From NCBI GenBank assembly GCA_041651015.1, contig JBAZKA010000001.1, forward strand, positions 62,000 to 125,999: a stretch of 64,000 nucleotides of DNA. The letters run 5' to 3'. Source of the DNA: Patescibacteria group bacterium (GTDB taxonomy: Bacteria; Patescibacteriota; Patescibacteriia; Magasanikbacterales; GWA2-37-8). Shown here one piece after another: positions 8,691 through 17,824 of the stretch (position 1 is its first letter; every line of letters begins with the position of its first letter). The notes under the pieces were generated by a model. That model worked only from the letters and a program-made list of their open reading frames with translations, made no database searches and was not told the DNA's origin. The translations under genes and the position numbers were made by a program.

Positions 8691-10376
8691 ATGATAAAGA
8701 GTTCAATTGAAAAAATATTACAGTCCGTTGGTATTACCGGCGAGATAAACTTATCCCTTCCGCCCAAAGTGGAAATGGGGGATTTGGCATTCGCGTGTTT
8801 TGACTTAGCCAAAGCCAAGGGAATGAATCCAGCTGAATTTGCCAAAGAGTTGGCAGATAAAATAAAACCACTTGGCATCGTGTCGCGCGTACAGGCGTTT
8901 GGCCCATATGTAAACTTTTTTCTTGATTCGGGAAAAGTATCCGGTTTGATTATCGCGGAAGTCTTGAAAAATAAGAATAAATTTGGCGCTAATAAAACCG
9001 GCGCGGGCAAGTCTGTACTTCTGGAATATCCGTCCAACAATACTCACAAAGAATTGCACGTCGGGCATTTGCGCAATATTTGCATTGGTAATTCCTTGAC
9101 GAAATTATTTGTCTTGAACGGCTACAAAGCGATTCCAATAAATTACGTGAATGATTTTGGCGCGCATGTGGCCAAATGTTTGTGGGGTATGCAAAAATTT
9201 CACGCCAAGGAAAATTCACCCAAGGACAAACAAAAATGGCTGGGCGAGATTTATGCCGAATCGGCGCGCTATTTGAAAGACCACCCGGAGGCCAAGGATG
9301 AAGTGGCACAAATTCAATTGCAATTGGAAAAGAAAGATAAAAAGATTTGGGCGCTCTATACCAAGACCAGAAAATGGAGTTTGGACGCATTTGCCAAAGT
9401 GTTTAAAGAATTGGGGGTAACTCATAAAAAAACATTTTTTGAACAAGATATAAAAAATATCGGACAAAAAGTCGTGGATGAACTTTTGAAAAAAGGCATT
9501 GCCAAAGTGGGCGAGGGTGGGGCGATTATCGTGGATTTGTCGCCGTATAATTTGGATATTGGTTTGCTTCGCAAGAGTAATGGCGCCGGACTTTATCTTA
9601 CGGCTGATTTGGGTTTGGCTCTGGCAAAAAACAAAGCTTATCCAAAGATTTCAGAAAGCATCCACATTACCGCCAGTGAACAAAATTTTTATTTTCAGCA
9701 GTTGTTCAAAATTTTGGCCTTGGCCGGATATAATTTCAAGATGACGCATATTGGTTATGGTTTGGTCAATTTACCAACCGGCAAGATGTCTTCGCGCGAG
9801 GGGACGGCTGTTCTTTATGAAGATGTGTTTGATTCGGTTTATGAAAGAACTCTAAACGAAACAAAATCCCGCCACGCTGATTGGACGAATACTAAAATTA
9901 CTCAAACCGCTCGCGCGCTCGCTTATGCCGCCATCAAATTTGATTTCCTCAAACACGAATCATCCAAAGTGATTGTTTTTGACCCCAAGGACGCGGTTTC
10001 ATTTGACGGTTTTACCGGTCCGTATGTGCTTTATTCTCTCGCCCGCATGAACAGTATATTATCCAAGGCAAAGAAGACGAAAGTTGGCATAAATTATTCA
10101 GCGCTAACAGAGCCGGAAGAAAAAGCGCTTACTTTGTTTTTAGCTGAGTTTATGTTCGCGGTTAATAAAGCCTTTGCCAATTACAATCCATCGGTCATTA
10201 CCAAATACGCTTTTGATTTAGCGAAACTTTACAATGAATTTTACAACAAACATAGCGTGCTTCAAGCCGCGAACAAGGAAATTGTTCAGGCTCGCCTCGC
10301 TCTTACACTCGCGGTAAAAGTTGTTTTGGAAAACGCGTTGGATATTTTATCTATCAAACCGGTCGCGGAAATGTAA
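8691..10376 (+). CDS. argS: Arginyl-tRNA synthetase (the ORF track starts at 8670; the ATG at 8691 is more likely because 8670 lies inside the intergenic repeat)
   Basis: HVGHLRN class I motif, MSSREG (KMSK-like) motif, DALR-type C-terminus. Confidence 0.9.
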   Translation: MIKSSIEKILQSVGITGEINLSLPPKVEMGDLAFACFDLAKAKGMNPAEFAKELADKIKPLGIVSRVQAFGPYVNFFLDSGKVSGLIIAEVLKNKNKFGANKTGAGKSVLLEYPSNNTHKELHVGHLRNICIGNSLTKLFVLNGYKAIPINYVNDFGAHVAKCLWGMQKFHAKENSPKDKQKWLGEIYAESARYLKDHPEAKDEVAQIQLQLEKKDKKIWALYTKTRKWSLDAFAKVFKELGVTHKKTFFEQDIKNIGQKVVDELLKKGIAKVGEGGAIIVDLSPYNLDIGLLRKSNGAGLYLTADLGLALAKNKAYPKISESIHITASEQNFYFQQLFKILALAGYNFKMTHIGYGLVNLPTGKMSSREGTAVLYEDVFDSVYERTLNETKSRHADWTNTKITQTARALAYAAIKFDFLKHESSKVIVFDPKDAVSFDGFTGPYVLYSLARMNSILSKAKKTKVGINYSALTEPEEKALTLFLAEFMFAVNKAFANYNPSVITKYAFDLAKLYNEFYNKHSVLQAANKEIVQARLALTLAVKVVLENALDILSIKPVAEM

Positions 10377-10459
10377 AATTAACGTGGAAATCTTTATCCA
10401 CACTTCAATTTTTTTATAAAAAGGTGTATTATATCCGTGTTAACAATAATTTATAATAT

Positions 10460-10933
10460 ATGATTTTTAGAAGACAAAATCAAACCGCTGAACCGATTGA
10501 AGAGATGGAAGAACAAATTGAAGAGCAACCGGTCCAGTCCGAAGATAATGTGGATACTGTAGTCGGACCATCGGTAAATGTGGAAGGCGATTTTGCGTCA
10601 GAAGGTAATATCGTGGTCAAGGGTACTGTCACCGGCAGTGTGCACACGAGCAAGAATTTATTGGTGGAACAGGGTGCAAAAATCGTGGCCAATGTCCGTG
10701 CCGGCAGCGCCACTATCGCCGGCGAAGTGCGCGGTAATATGAAAATCAAAGATTATTTGGAGCTCGCTTCTACAGCGCGCGTAGTCGGGGATATTGAAGT
10801 CAAGACGATTGTCATGGAAGCCGGCGCTTTAATTTTTGGCAAGGTGGCTATGCCCGGTCTGGAGGCGGCCGAAACGCGCTCGCGCGGACGTTCGCGAAAG
10901 AATGAGGAAGTAATTGATTCCCAAGATGAATAA
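10460..10933 (+). CDS. Bactofilin (CcmA-like polymer-forming cytoskeletal protein)
   Basis: 157 aa; repetitive beta-helix-like segment VEGDFASEGNIVVKGTVTGSVHTSKNLLV.. typical of the bactofilin domain; acidic N- and C-terminal tails. Confidence 0.75.
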   Translation: MIFRRQNQTAEPIEEMEEQIEEQPVQSEDNVDTVVGPSVNVEGDFASEGNIVVKGTVTGSVHTSKNLLVEQGAKIVANVRAGSATIAGEVRGNMKIKDYLELASTARVVGDIEVKTIVMEAGALIFGKVAMPGLEAAETRSRGRSRKNEEVIDSQDE

Positions 10934-10948
10934 AAGGGGGCGAGATTT

Positions 10949-11716
10949 ATGTATGTTTACCTTTACGACAATTTCCTAAACAATCGGAAATATAATTCCA
11001 TCCTCAAACAGATTGAAGTTCGTTTGGTTGAATTCGGCATTGCCGGTAAAATTCTTCGTCTAAATAATTACATTGACGCAAAGCCGATTATTGATGATGA
11101 AATAAAACGCGGAGCGAAAAATATCATCATCGTGGGAAACGACCGTACTTTCGGTCATATTTTATCCCGGGGCGCCACCTGTGATTGTGTTTTTGGTTTT
11201 CTGCCCATTGGTCCGGATAATGATATTGCCGATGTACTCGGCATCCCCGAGGGCATTGACGCGGCCGATGTTTTGGCTCGCCGGCGCAAACAAAAACTGG
11301 ATGTCGGTTGGTTCAATAATCGTTTTTTTGTTTCGCAACTGCATGTGCCGCCGGCCAAGGTTCGCGTCATTTATGATGAGAAATTCCAAGTGTCAACACC
11401 GTTCAAAATGGAAGTAGTGGTATGTAATTTCCAGCCTTTTTATTGGAAAAGGAGCAATAAGGATAAAGAAGAATTTGTGGTTCACCCCCAGGACGATAAA
11501 CTGGAGGCATTTCTCAGGCCATTGACAAAGACGGGCTGGTTCGGGTATAAATATGAGGACCCGAGTATTTTTCCGTTTGAGGAAATGGAAGTGATCGGGG
11601 AAGACGGCCCGTTTGTGGTGGAGGCGGATGGTAAATCCACTAAAGAAGTTAAAGTGAAAATCAGATTGGCCAAGGACAAAATTGACATGATTGTGGGGAG
11701 GGATAGAAAATTTTAA
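10949..11716 (+). CDS. Diacylglycerol/lipid kinase catalytic-domain-like protein (DAGK_cat / NAD-kinase fold), divergent
   Basis: IIIVGNDRTFGH resembles a degenerate GGDGT motif; overall pattern matches the YegS/DAGK_cat fold. Confidence 0.45.
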   Translation: MYVYLYDNFLNNRKYNSILKQIEVRLVEFGIAGKILRLNNYIDAKPIIDDEIKRGAKNIIIVGNDRTFGHILSRGATCDCVFGFLPIGPDNDIADVLGIPEGIDAADVLARRRKQKLDVGWFNNRFFVSQLHVPPAKVRVIYDEKFQVSTPFKMEVVVCNFQPFYWKRSNKDKEEFVVHPQDDKLEAFLRPLTKTGWFGYKYEDPSIFPFEEMEVIGEDGPFVVEADGKSTKEVKVKIRLAKDKIDMIVGRDRKF

Positions 11717-11717
11717 C

Positions 11718-11801
11718 GCGCGGGTGGCGAAACTGGTAGACGCGCTACTTTGAGGTGGTAGTGGACGCAAGTCCTTGGAGGTTCAAATCCTCTCCCGCGC
11801 A
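11718..11801 (+). tRNA. tRNA-Leu (anticodon GAG), type II with long variable arm
   Basis: Acceptor GCGCGGG/CCCGCGC, D-arm GCGAAACTGGTAGACGC, anticodon stem CTACT/GGTAG with loop TTGAGGT (GAG), T-loop TTCAAAT, long variable arm; CCA not encoded. Confidence 0.85.
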
Positions 11802-11805
11802 CAAA

Positions 11806-11838
11806 AAAATTACTCCGCATTTACGGAGTAATTTTTTT
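11806..11838 (+). terminator. Rho-independent terminator after tRNA-Leu
   Basis: Hairpin ATTACTCCG-cattta-CGGAGTAAT followed by a T8 run. Confidence 0.75.
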
Positions 11839-11870
11839 TGTCTCTGTTTTTGTGATATAATAAACACACT

Positions 11871-13043
11871 ATGCAACAAAAACCACTTTCCATCGTTTTG
11901 CACCAAGGCGTGTACAAGAAAACCGCCACTACGAGCGAGGCCGTATTCATTATCACCGGCATGACCATTGGGGCGGGTATTTTGGGCCTGCCCTATGTAA
12001 TAGCCCGTTCAGGCCTCGCTGTGGGGCTTGTTTTGGTCGTTTTATGGGGTTTGGTCATGTTACTCCTCAATCTTATGCTGGGTGAGGTTGCCGTGCGTAC
12101 ACAGGGCAATTTTCAGCTTCCGGGTTTTGCCGGTAAATACCTCGGCGGGTGGGCAAAGAATTTTCTGGGTATAATTATCGTCTTTAGCGGGTTTGGTTCG
12201 CTCTTGGCATATCTCATTGGCGAGGGTCAAGCGTTGGCGGAAATTTTTGGCGGTCCGGCCATGTGGTGGAGTATTTTCTTTTGGTCAATTGGAAGTTTTT
12301 TTATTTGGCGCGGTTTGCAAACCGTAAAAACTTTGGAAAGAGTTTTGAGTTTAGTCGTAATCATTTTAATTTTGGGTTTATCATTATTTTTACTTCCGAA
12401 AATGAGTTCGGCCAATCTGCATCATTTTGATTTGGCTAATTTCTTTTTGCCGTTTGGTGTAATCTTATTTGCCTTGCACGCGACGCCGTCCATCGCCGAA
12501 GCGCACGCGCTTTTGCCCGGTTCGGAAAAACGTTTTAAAAAAGCGATTATTATCGGTACTCTGATTCCGGTTGCGGTTTATGTAATTTTTTCTTTAGCCG
12601 TGGTCGGATATTTTGGTTTGAATACGTCCGAGCTTGCCACTGTTGGATTTGGACATGCGTTTGGTCCGGCGTTTTCCATCATTGCCAATGTGTTTGCAGT
12701 GCTGGCTATGGCCACGTGTTTTATGGGTATGGGCATAGCTCTGAAGCAAACCCTGATTTGGGATCATAAAATAAGCCGGCATTTGGCTGAGTTTATCGTG
12801 GTGATTGTACCGATATTATTATTTCTTTTCGGCTTCCGAAGCTTTGTGGAAGTTCTGGATGTAGTTGGAGGATTATTTATCGGTCTGGAGTCGCTCATGA
12901 TTGTTTTAATCTGTTACATGGCGCGGCGGAAAGGGGATTTGGATGCGTCGCGCTACGGCCTCAAACATTTTTGGCTCATGGCCGCGCCGGTGATTGTATT
13001 TTTTCTCGCGGCGACGATTTATTCGGCTTTGCGAATATTCTAA
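11871..13043 (+). CDS. Amino acid permease (aromatic/hydroxy amino acid HAAAP-like transporter)
   Basis: 390 aa, about 11 predicted TM helices, N-terminal GMTIGAGILGLP motif typical of Tyr/Trp/Ser permease-type transporters. Confidence 0.55.
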   Translation: MQQKPLSIVLHQGVYKKTATTSEAVFIITGMTIGAGILGLPYVIARSGLAVGLVLVVLWGLVMLLLNLMLGEVAVRTQGNFQLPGFAGKYLGGWAKNFLGIIIVFSGFGSLLAYLIGEGQALAEIFGGPAMWWSIFFWSIGSFFIWRGLQTVKTLERVLSLVVIILILGLSLFLLPKMSSANLHHFDLANFFLPFGVILFALHATPSIAEAHALLPGSEKRFKKAIIIGTLIPVAVYVIFSLAVVGYFGLNTSELATVGFGHAFGPAFSIIANVFAVLAMATCFMGMGIALKQTLIWDHKISRHLAEFIVVIVPILLFLFGFRSFVEVLDVVGGLFIGLESLMIVLICYMARRKGDLDASRYGLKHFWLMAAPVIVFFLAATIYSALRIF

Positions 13044-13087
13044 TAAATAAAAAACAGCCCGGAATGCCGAGGCTGTTTTTTATTTCG

Positions 13088-14854
13088 TTAATTTGTGACT
13101 TTCGCCGATGCAGCCGAGCCTTGGTCCTCGTCCAAAAGTTCATTGGTGACAGCCCCATTCGTCAAAGATAGTTGCTTGCCCACCACATCGTCCTCGGCCG
13201 TGAAAGAAGCAGACTTTACCAATTGAATTATCTTACCGAGTTGAGAAGCGTTCGGAGTCACCGCCACTTCAAAATATAAACCGATTTTCCCATTGGCCGG
13301 CGCCAGATTATAATTCCAGTTGATAGCGCCGGCATCAGACGTAATTTGCGTACCGAGTGTGACGCTTTCTTTGCCGGTAAATTCCACGCCGTCAGCGAGA
13401 ACGGCCGAGAAATTATTTTTGGCAATGGCATTGATGCTGTTTTGTATTTCCACAAAAATCCAGTATTTGGTGGTCTCGCCCACGGTCGGGGGCAGAGGCC
13501 CGCGCCCCAGCTGATCGCCATCGGGCGTGTAATAAACCGGCTTGATTACCCACGAGATTTGCGTGGCTAAGGGCAAACGAATCACATCCGCGCTCTCAGT
13601 GGTTAATTTTTGCCCCGGCATGTCCGGCAGTTCGGCCTCGGTTTTCATCTTGATTTCCATTTGCGAGGCATTATCCGTGGTAAAAAAAGATTTGAGTTTT
13701 AATTTAATTTCAAATTCATCCGACGCGCCGGCCGTGCCATTGCCCAGAGTGGTGCGAGTTTTTTTGTCCGCGACAAGCGTCTGGCCATCAACTGTTAAGT
13801 TATTTTCGCGGGCCGTGGCCGCGAGGTCAACCGTACCCGGGGTGGGAGTAATAATTATCCGAACGTTGTTCAACTTATATTCACTCGCGTTATGCCAATA
13901 TATTCGGAGCGGTATAGTACTGTTCGCGTCAGCATAGGCGCCTGTGTAATTTGACTGCAAACCAGCTTCAACTTTTGGATAAATCACATTTAATTTTTTT
14001 TCCAATGTGAGCAAGCTGAAGGTTGAATTGTTTATGAGAATATTAAAATTAAATTTTTGCATTGATTCTCCGGACGCGGTCGGGGAAGTGACAACGCCGG
14101 CAATGGCTTTGGTTTCACCCGGTTCAAGAGAAATGCCGTTCAAAAGTTTGCCGCTGGCAAAATTTTTGGATTGTTCCGGTGAAATGGTAATGTTTCCCAA
14201 ACGAGTTTGCCCGATATTTTTCAGGGTGAGAGTGGCGGGAATTTCTCGTCCCGGGAAGGTAGATGTGGGCAGGTTGATATCGGCTTGTAAGATTGAACCA
14301 ATAGTCTTGATCATAGCTGCGCCGATTTTTTGTTCGGCGGATGATTTGTTTTCGGGTTTGTAGGTGAGGTAGGCGATAACTTTTTGGTCAATATTTGACT
14401 CGGCAAAAAGCGTGCCCTGAATTTCCAATTGGCCGGTGGCCCCGGGTTTAATTTCACCGATATCGGTCGTAAAATTTTCCGACAAAGTTGCTGTTGGAGT
14501 TTTTGCGCGGTCAATTACAAATCCGCTCGGCAGGTGAACGGCGAGAATGGTATTATTCAAAATCTGTTTGCTTCGGTTGGTATATTCTAATTTTATTGTG
14601 ACCGGGTTACCGCTTAAAATTCGTTCGTTGCCAAAGGTAAAATTTAAATCAATCAGATCTGTGATGGTCGGTTTCCAAAAAAAGAAAAACAACGAAGCGC
14701 CCAGCAAAACAATTGCGGACGCGAGCAGTATTAAATCAAAAGCAAAGAGTTTTTTCGCGTGATGATAAATCCCGTGATAGCGAGTGTGATAGTGGTGTTT
14801 GAGAAATTTAAGCATAGTGCTTCTATTATACCAAAAGCGACAAAAAACCGCCAT
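13088..14854 (-). CDS. Membrane-anchored surface protein with repeated beta-sandwich (DUF11/CARDB-like) modules
   Basis: 588 aa; single N-terminal TM (LILLASAIVLLGASLFFFFW) followed by Thr/Asn-rich repetitive beta-strand-like sequence. Confidence 0.5.
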   Translation of the reverse strand: MAVFCRFWYNRSTMLKFLKHHYHTRYHGIYHHAKKLFAFDLILLASAIVLLGASLFFFFWKPTITDLIDLNFTFGNERILSGNPVTIKLEYTNRSKQILNNTILAVHLPSGFVIDRAKTPTATLSENFTTDIGEIKPGATGQLEIQGTLFAESNIDQKVIAYLTYKPENKSSAEQKIGAAMIKTIGSILQADINLPTSTFPGREIPATLTLKNIGQTRLGNITISPEQSKNFASGKLLNGISLEPGETKAIAGVVTSPTASGESMQKFNFNILINNSTFSLLTLEKKLNVIYPKVEAGLQSNYTGAYADANSTIPLRIYWHNASEYKLNNVRIIITPTPGTVDLAATARENNLTVDGQTLVADKKTRTTLGNGTAGASDEFEIKLKLKSFFTTDNASQMEIKMKTEAELPDMPGQKLTTESADVIRLPLATQISWVIKPVYYTPDGDQLGRGPLPPTVGETTKYWIFVEIQNSINAIAKNNFSAVLADGVEFTGKESVTLGTQITSDAGAINWNYNLAPANGKIGLYFEVAVTPNASQLGKIIQLVKSASFTAEDDVVGKQLSLTNGAVTNELLDEDQGSAASAKVTN

Positions 14855-14858
14855 GCGC

Positions 14859-15209
14859 TTATGACGGTTTTTGAGTATGTTTGGCGTTAGCTTTTTTAAG
14901 CGATTTCGGGTTGGGGGAGTAGAGTGGGTTTTTTATTTTCCACTTTTCCACATATTGCCCGATTCCCCGGCTGGCCATTTTATGTTTGATGGTGGTGTGT
15001 TTTTGCGACCACTTGACCAAGCTTTCAAAATTGATTTTGTAGCGTCCGGCCACGACCGCATAGGTGATTTCTTGAGAAGCGATTGCGCGGCGAACGGTCT
15101 GAGAATTTACTCCAAACAACTTCGCGGCTTCTGAAACAGAAAGTCGTATCATTTCACCCGGTTCCTTATTAGATTGAAAAACCATATTTGTATAGAGTTG
15201 TATATACAA
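14859..15209 (-). CDS. Small helix-turn-helix DNA-binding protein (excisionase/MerR-like HTH)
   Basis: 116 aa; LSVSEAAKLFGVNSQTVRRAIA is a canonical HTH; basic C-terminal tail. Confidence 0.5.
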   Translation of the reverse strand: MYIQLYTNMVFQSNKEPGEMIRLSVSEAAKLFGVNSQTVRRAIASQEITYAVVAGRYKINFESLVKWSQKHTTIKHKMASRGIGQYVEKWKIKNPLYSPNPKSLKKANAKHTQKPS

Positions 15210-15433
15210 ATTATAGCAAGTTTTGTATTTTTGTCAATACCTGCAGTGTATGCGGTTGCCATGCAATAATATGTTGGCCGTGATTGTATTATCTAACCGC
15301 TCACTACATTATATACTTGTTTATCAGGTATTTGTATATACTACTCTATACAAATATATCTAGATTTAGCTTATCTTAGCCAATACGGTATGTATTGCTA
15401 ATAGCAAGTTTGTATAGATAAGTATATACAAAG
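15187..15433. promoter_or_regulatory. Three palindromic operator-like sites: TTGTATATACAA (15199-15210) and two copies of TTTGTATA-N8-TATACAAA (15332-15355, 15409-15432)
   Basis: Perfect inverted repeats in the AT-rich 470-bp gap between the divergent HTH gene and the ECF sigma gene; the first overlaps the HTH gene start. Confidence 0.55.
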
Positions 15434-15559
15434 TTATGTATTTAATGAATAGTATGGTCGATGTTTGTTCTGTCCTTTGGTAATGGATGGAGGCGCGACA
15501 CGTTCGCATGATTTGTTTGCATTCGACAGGTAGGCATATTTGCATCGCATTAGATATAT

Positions 15560-15588
15560 TTGACACCCCTTCATAATTTTGATAAAAT
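15560..15588 (+). promoter_or_regulatory. Sigma70-like promoter upstream of the ECF sigma gene
   Basis: TTGACA, 17-bp spacer, TAAAAT. Confidence 0.45.
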
Positions 15589-15679
15589 GCACTCTATGCT
15601 TTATATATGTGACCGTGAGTTTTGCGGTCTTTTTATAAAGGGCAGGTGTAACATTTTTCCATAATCTACGTCTACTAAG

Positions 15680-16240
15680 ATGTCGGGAAAAATAACAGAA
15701 AAATTACTGTTGTACCGATTACAGACCAAACAGGATCCGGACGCATTTGCCGAACTCTATGATCTGTACGTAAAACGAATTTATCGGTTCGTTTTTTTTA
15801 AGGTATCCGGACACGAGGAAGCCGAGGATATTACGTCCGATGTTTTTCTCCGAGTTTGGAATTACATTGCCGAGGGCAAAGACATAAAAAGTTTTAGCGG
15901 ACTTTTGTATCGCACGGCGAGAAATTGCATCATTGATTTGTATCGTTCAAAATCATACCAAGCGAATCCGCTTTCCATATCCGAACTTCCAGAAGGAATT
16001 GAGCCGAGCGACTTGGGAGTGGCGGCCGATAAAATTACGGCCGGAGCCGATGCCGGTAAAATCATCGCTTCCATAAAAAGATTAAAACAAGAATATCAAG
16101 AAGTGCTTACTTTGAAATATGTTGACGAATTGTCCGTGGAAGAAATTTCCGAAATCACGGGCAAAGGAAAAATTTCGGTGCGGGTCACTCTGCATCGCGC
16201 GCTGAAGCGTTTGAAAATTATAATAGATACGAAGGTGTAA
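15680..16240 (+). CDS. ECF-family RNA polymerase sigma factor (sigma-70 regions 2 and 4)
   Basis: 186 aa; region 2 (YRFVFFKVSGHEEAEDITSDVFLRVW) and region 4 HTH (LTLKYVDELSVEEISEITGKGKISVRVTLHRALKRLK). Confidence 0.85.
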   Translation: MSGKITEKLLLYRLQTKQDPDAFAELYDLYVKRIYRFVFFKVSGHEEAEDITSDVFLRVWNYIAEGKDIKSFSGLLYRTARNCIIDLYRSKSYQANPLSISELPEGIEPSDLGVAADKITAGADAGKIIASIKRLKQEYQEVLTLKYVDELSVEEISEITGKGKISVRVTLHRALKRLKIIIDTKV

Positions 16241-16246
16241 AAAAGT

Positions 16247-17569
16247 ATGGCGAATAAATTGATCGGACAACTTAAAGATTTGAAACGTTCTGATGTGTCA
16301 CCGAGACCCGAGTGGTTAAAATCCAGTCGGGCGCGCTTGCTGTCTCAGATCAAAAATACCGTGCCGACTGAAGAATTGGGTGTGTTGGATAATTTATGGT
16401 TTGGTTTGTCAATTTTAATGCCGCAAAAATTTGTTTTTAATTTTGTCCGTCCTCTGGCCGTACTACTTATAGTGGCTCTCGTCGGCACGAGCGGTTGGAT
16501 TGCCACCGTGGACGCGGCTTATGAAGCTGTTCCGGGCGACTGGCTGTATCCGGCCAAACGCGCGGTGGAAAAAACTCAAATTACCACGGCGGTAATTATG
16601 GGCGCCAAGAACACTGAGACAAAATTGCATTCGGAATTTGCCAAACGCCGAGCCACGGAAATAAAATCCGTGATGAAAAGCGATATGACAGATAAAAACG
16701 AAAAAGTGACCACTGCGGTGTCTGATTTAAAAAATGAAATCAAATCAGTCAGCGATAATTTGGATGAATTAAAATCCAATGGCACGCAAGGCACGGCCGA
16801 GACTGCCAAAGCGGTGCAAAGCAATGCCGAGCAAATTAAAGTTGTGTTGACGGAGATTAAAGATGATTTGAATACCGGCACCTCAACTTTGGAAACAAAA
16901 GTAATGGCCAAAGAAATCGGCGAGGCCAAGGATTTAACCAAAGACGCCAATATAAAGGTGGTGGAAGTTTTGATTGCCAAACATTTGGATGGTGATGTCA
17001 CTAAAGAAGAAGTGACGGCGGCCATTGACAAGACCATGCAAAGCGCGGTGGACGAAGCCAATGTCACCCAGCAAAATGTGCAAAATATGAACACGGCCGT
17101 GACTGCGGCCGGAGCTGTGCCGGGTGTGACCGTGTCATCCAGTCCATCAACCGAAACGATTGGTAGTGTGGCCTCAACCACTGGTGCGGCTGCGGTGAAG
17201 ACTCATGAAGCGGCGGCCGAACTCGGCAAACAAGTGACTGAAATTAAAAGCTTGGTGGAGAGTGGAAATTTGACCGATGCGGTTAATATAATGAAACAAG
17301 CCAATGAAACCAGCAAAGAAATGGATAAATTGCAGGATACCACTTTAGTCGCGGCCCAGACTGTTTTGCCGACTCCGGTGGTAAACGAAGTAAAAAATTC
17401 CACCACAGAAGTGGCGCAAACCATCGGAGCGTCAACTACGATTCAAGTGATTGTGTCCAGCACAACCCAAGCGACTGAGCCGGGTAAATTGCCGGTGACT
17501 GTTATTGTCACCACCACGCCGGCGTCATCCAGTCCGAGCGCGACAGTGTCAAGTACGACGAAGAAATAA
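16247..17569 (+). CDS. Candidate membrane-spanning anti-sigma factor / DUF5667-like protein
   Basis: 440 aa directly downstream of the ECF sigma (7-nt gap); cytoplasmic N-terminal ~60 aa, one TM, long Thr/Ala/Val/Lys-rich coiled-coil-like extracytoplasmic region. Confidence 0.4.
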   Translation: MANKLIGQLKDLKRSDVSPRPEWLKSSRARLLSQIKNTVPTEELGVLDNLWFGLSILMPQKFVFNFVRPLAVLLIVALVGTSGWIATVDAAYEAVPGDWLYPAKRAVEKTQITTAVIMGAKNTETKLHSEFAKRRATEIKSVMKSDMTDKNEKVTTAVSDLKNEIKSVSDNLDELKSNGTQGTAETAKAVQSNAEQIKVVLTEIKDDLNTGTSTLETKVMAKEIGEAKDLTKDANIKVVEVLIAKHLDGDVTKEEVTAAIDKTMQSAVDEANVTQQNVQNMNTAVTAAGAVPGVTVSSSPSTETIGSVASTTGAAAVKTHEAAAELGKQVTEIKSLVESGNLTDAVNIMKQANETSKEMDKLQDTTLVAAQTVLPTPVVNEVKNSTTEVAQTIGASTTIQVIVSSTTQATEPGKLPVTVIVTTTPASSSPSATVSSTTKK

Positions 17570-17824
17570 TAAATTGTTCCTCGTTTTTTCTGAATAAAAA
17601 ATTTGTTCAGAAAAAAGAGAGAGTAATTTGTTTATTAGGTCTTTGTAAAGGTCGAGGGATCATGAGATCTCACCTAGATCTCTGTGTAGCGGGGACGCGC
17701 GGTTCCGACTATTTCTTTAGAAATAATCCGGACTGTGCGAAAACCGCTTAGCCCGTTTTCCGTTGACGTTAGTCCGCCAGCCGGTGGACTGATGCGCATC
17801 GGGCTCGGGTATATAATATTTATT

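Noticed and set aside
11755-11964. 69-aa ORF spanning the tRNA-Leu 3-prime end and terminator
   Set aside because: It overlaps the tRNA gene and terminator hairpin; artefactual.
13880-13903. Third copy of the 40-nt GCGATGCCAATATACGAATGCATAC element
   Set aside because: It shares only CCAATATA and neighbouring bases, and it lies inside a CDS; probably chance similarity.
17763-17817. TTGACG ... TATATAAT as a promoter for the giant surface protein gene
   Set aside because: The spacing between the elements is about 43 bp, incompatible with a sigma70 promoter.
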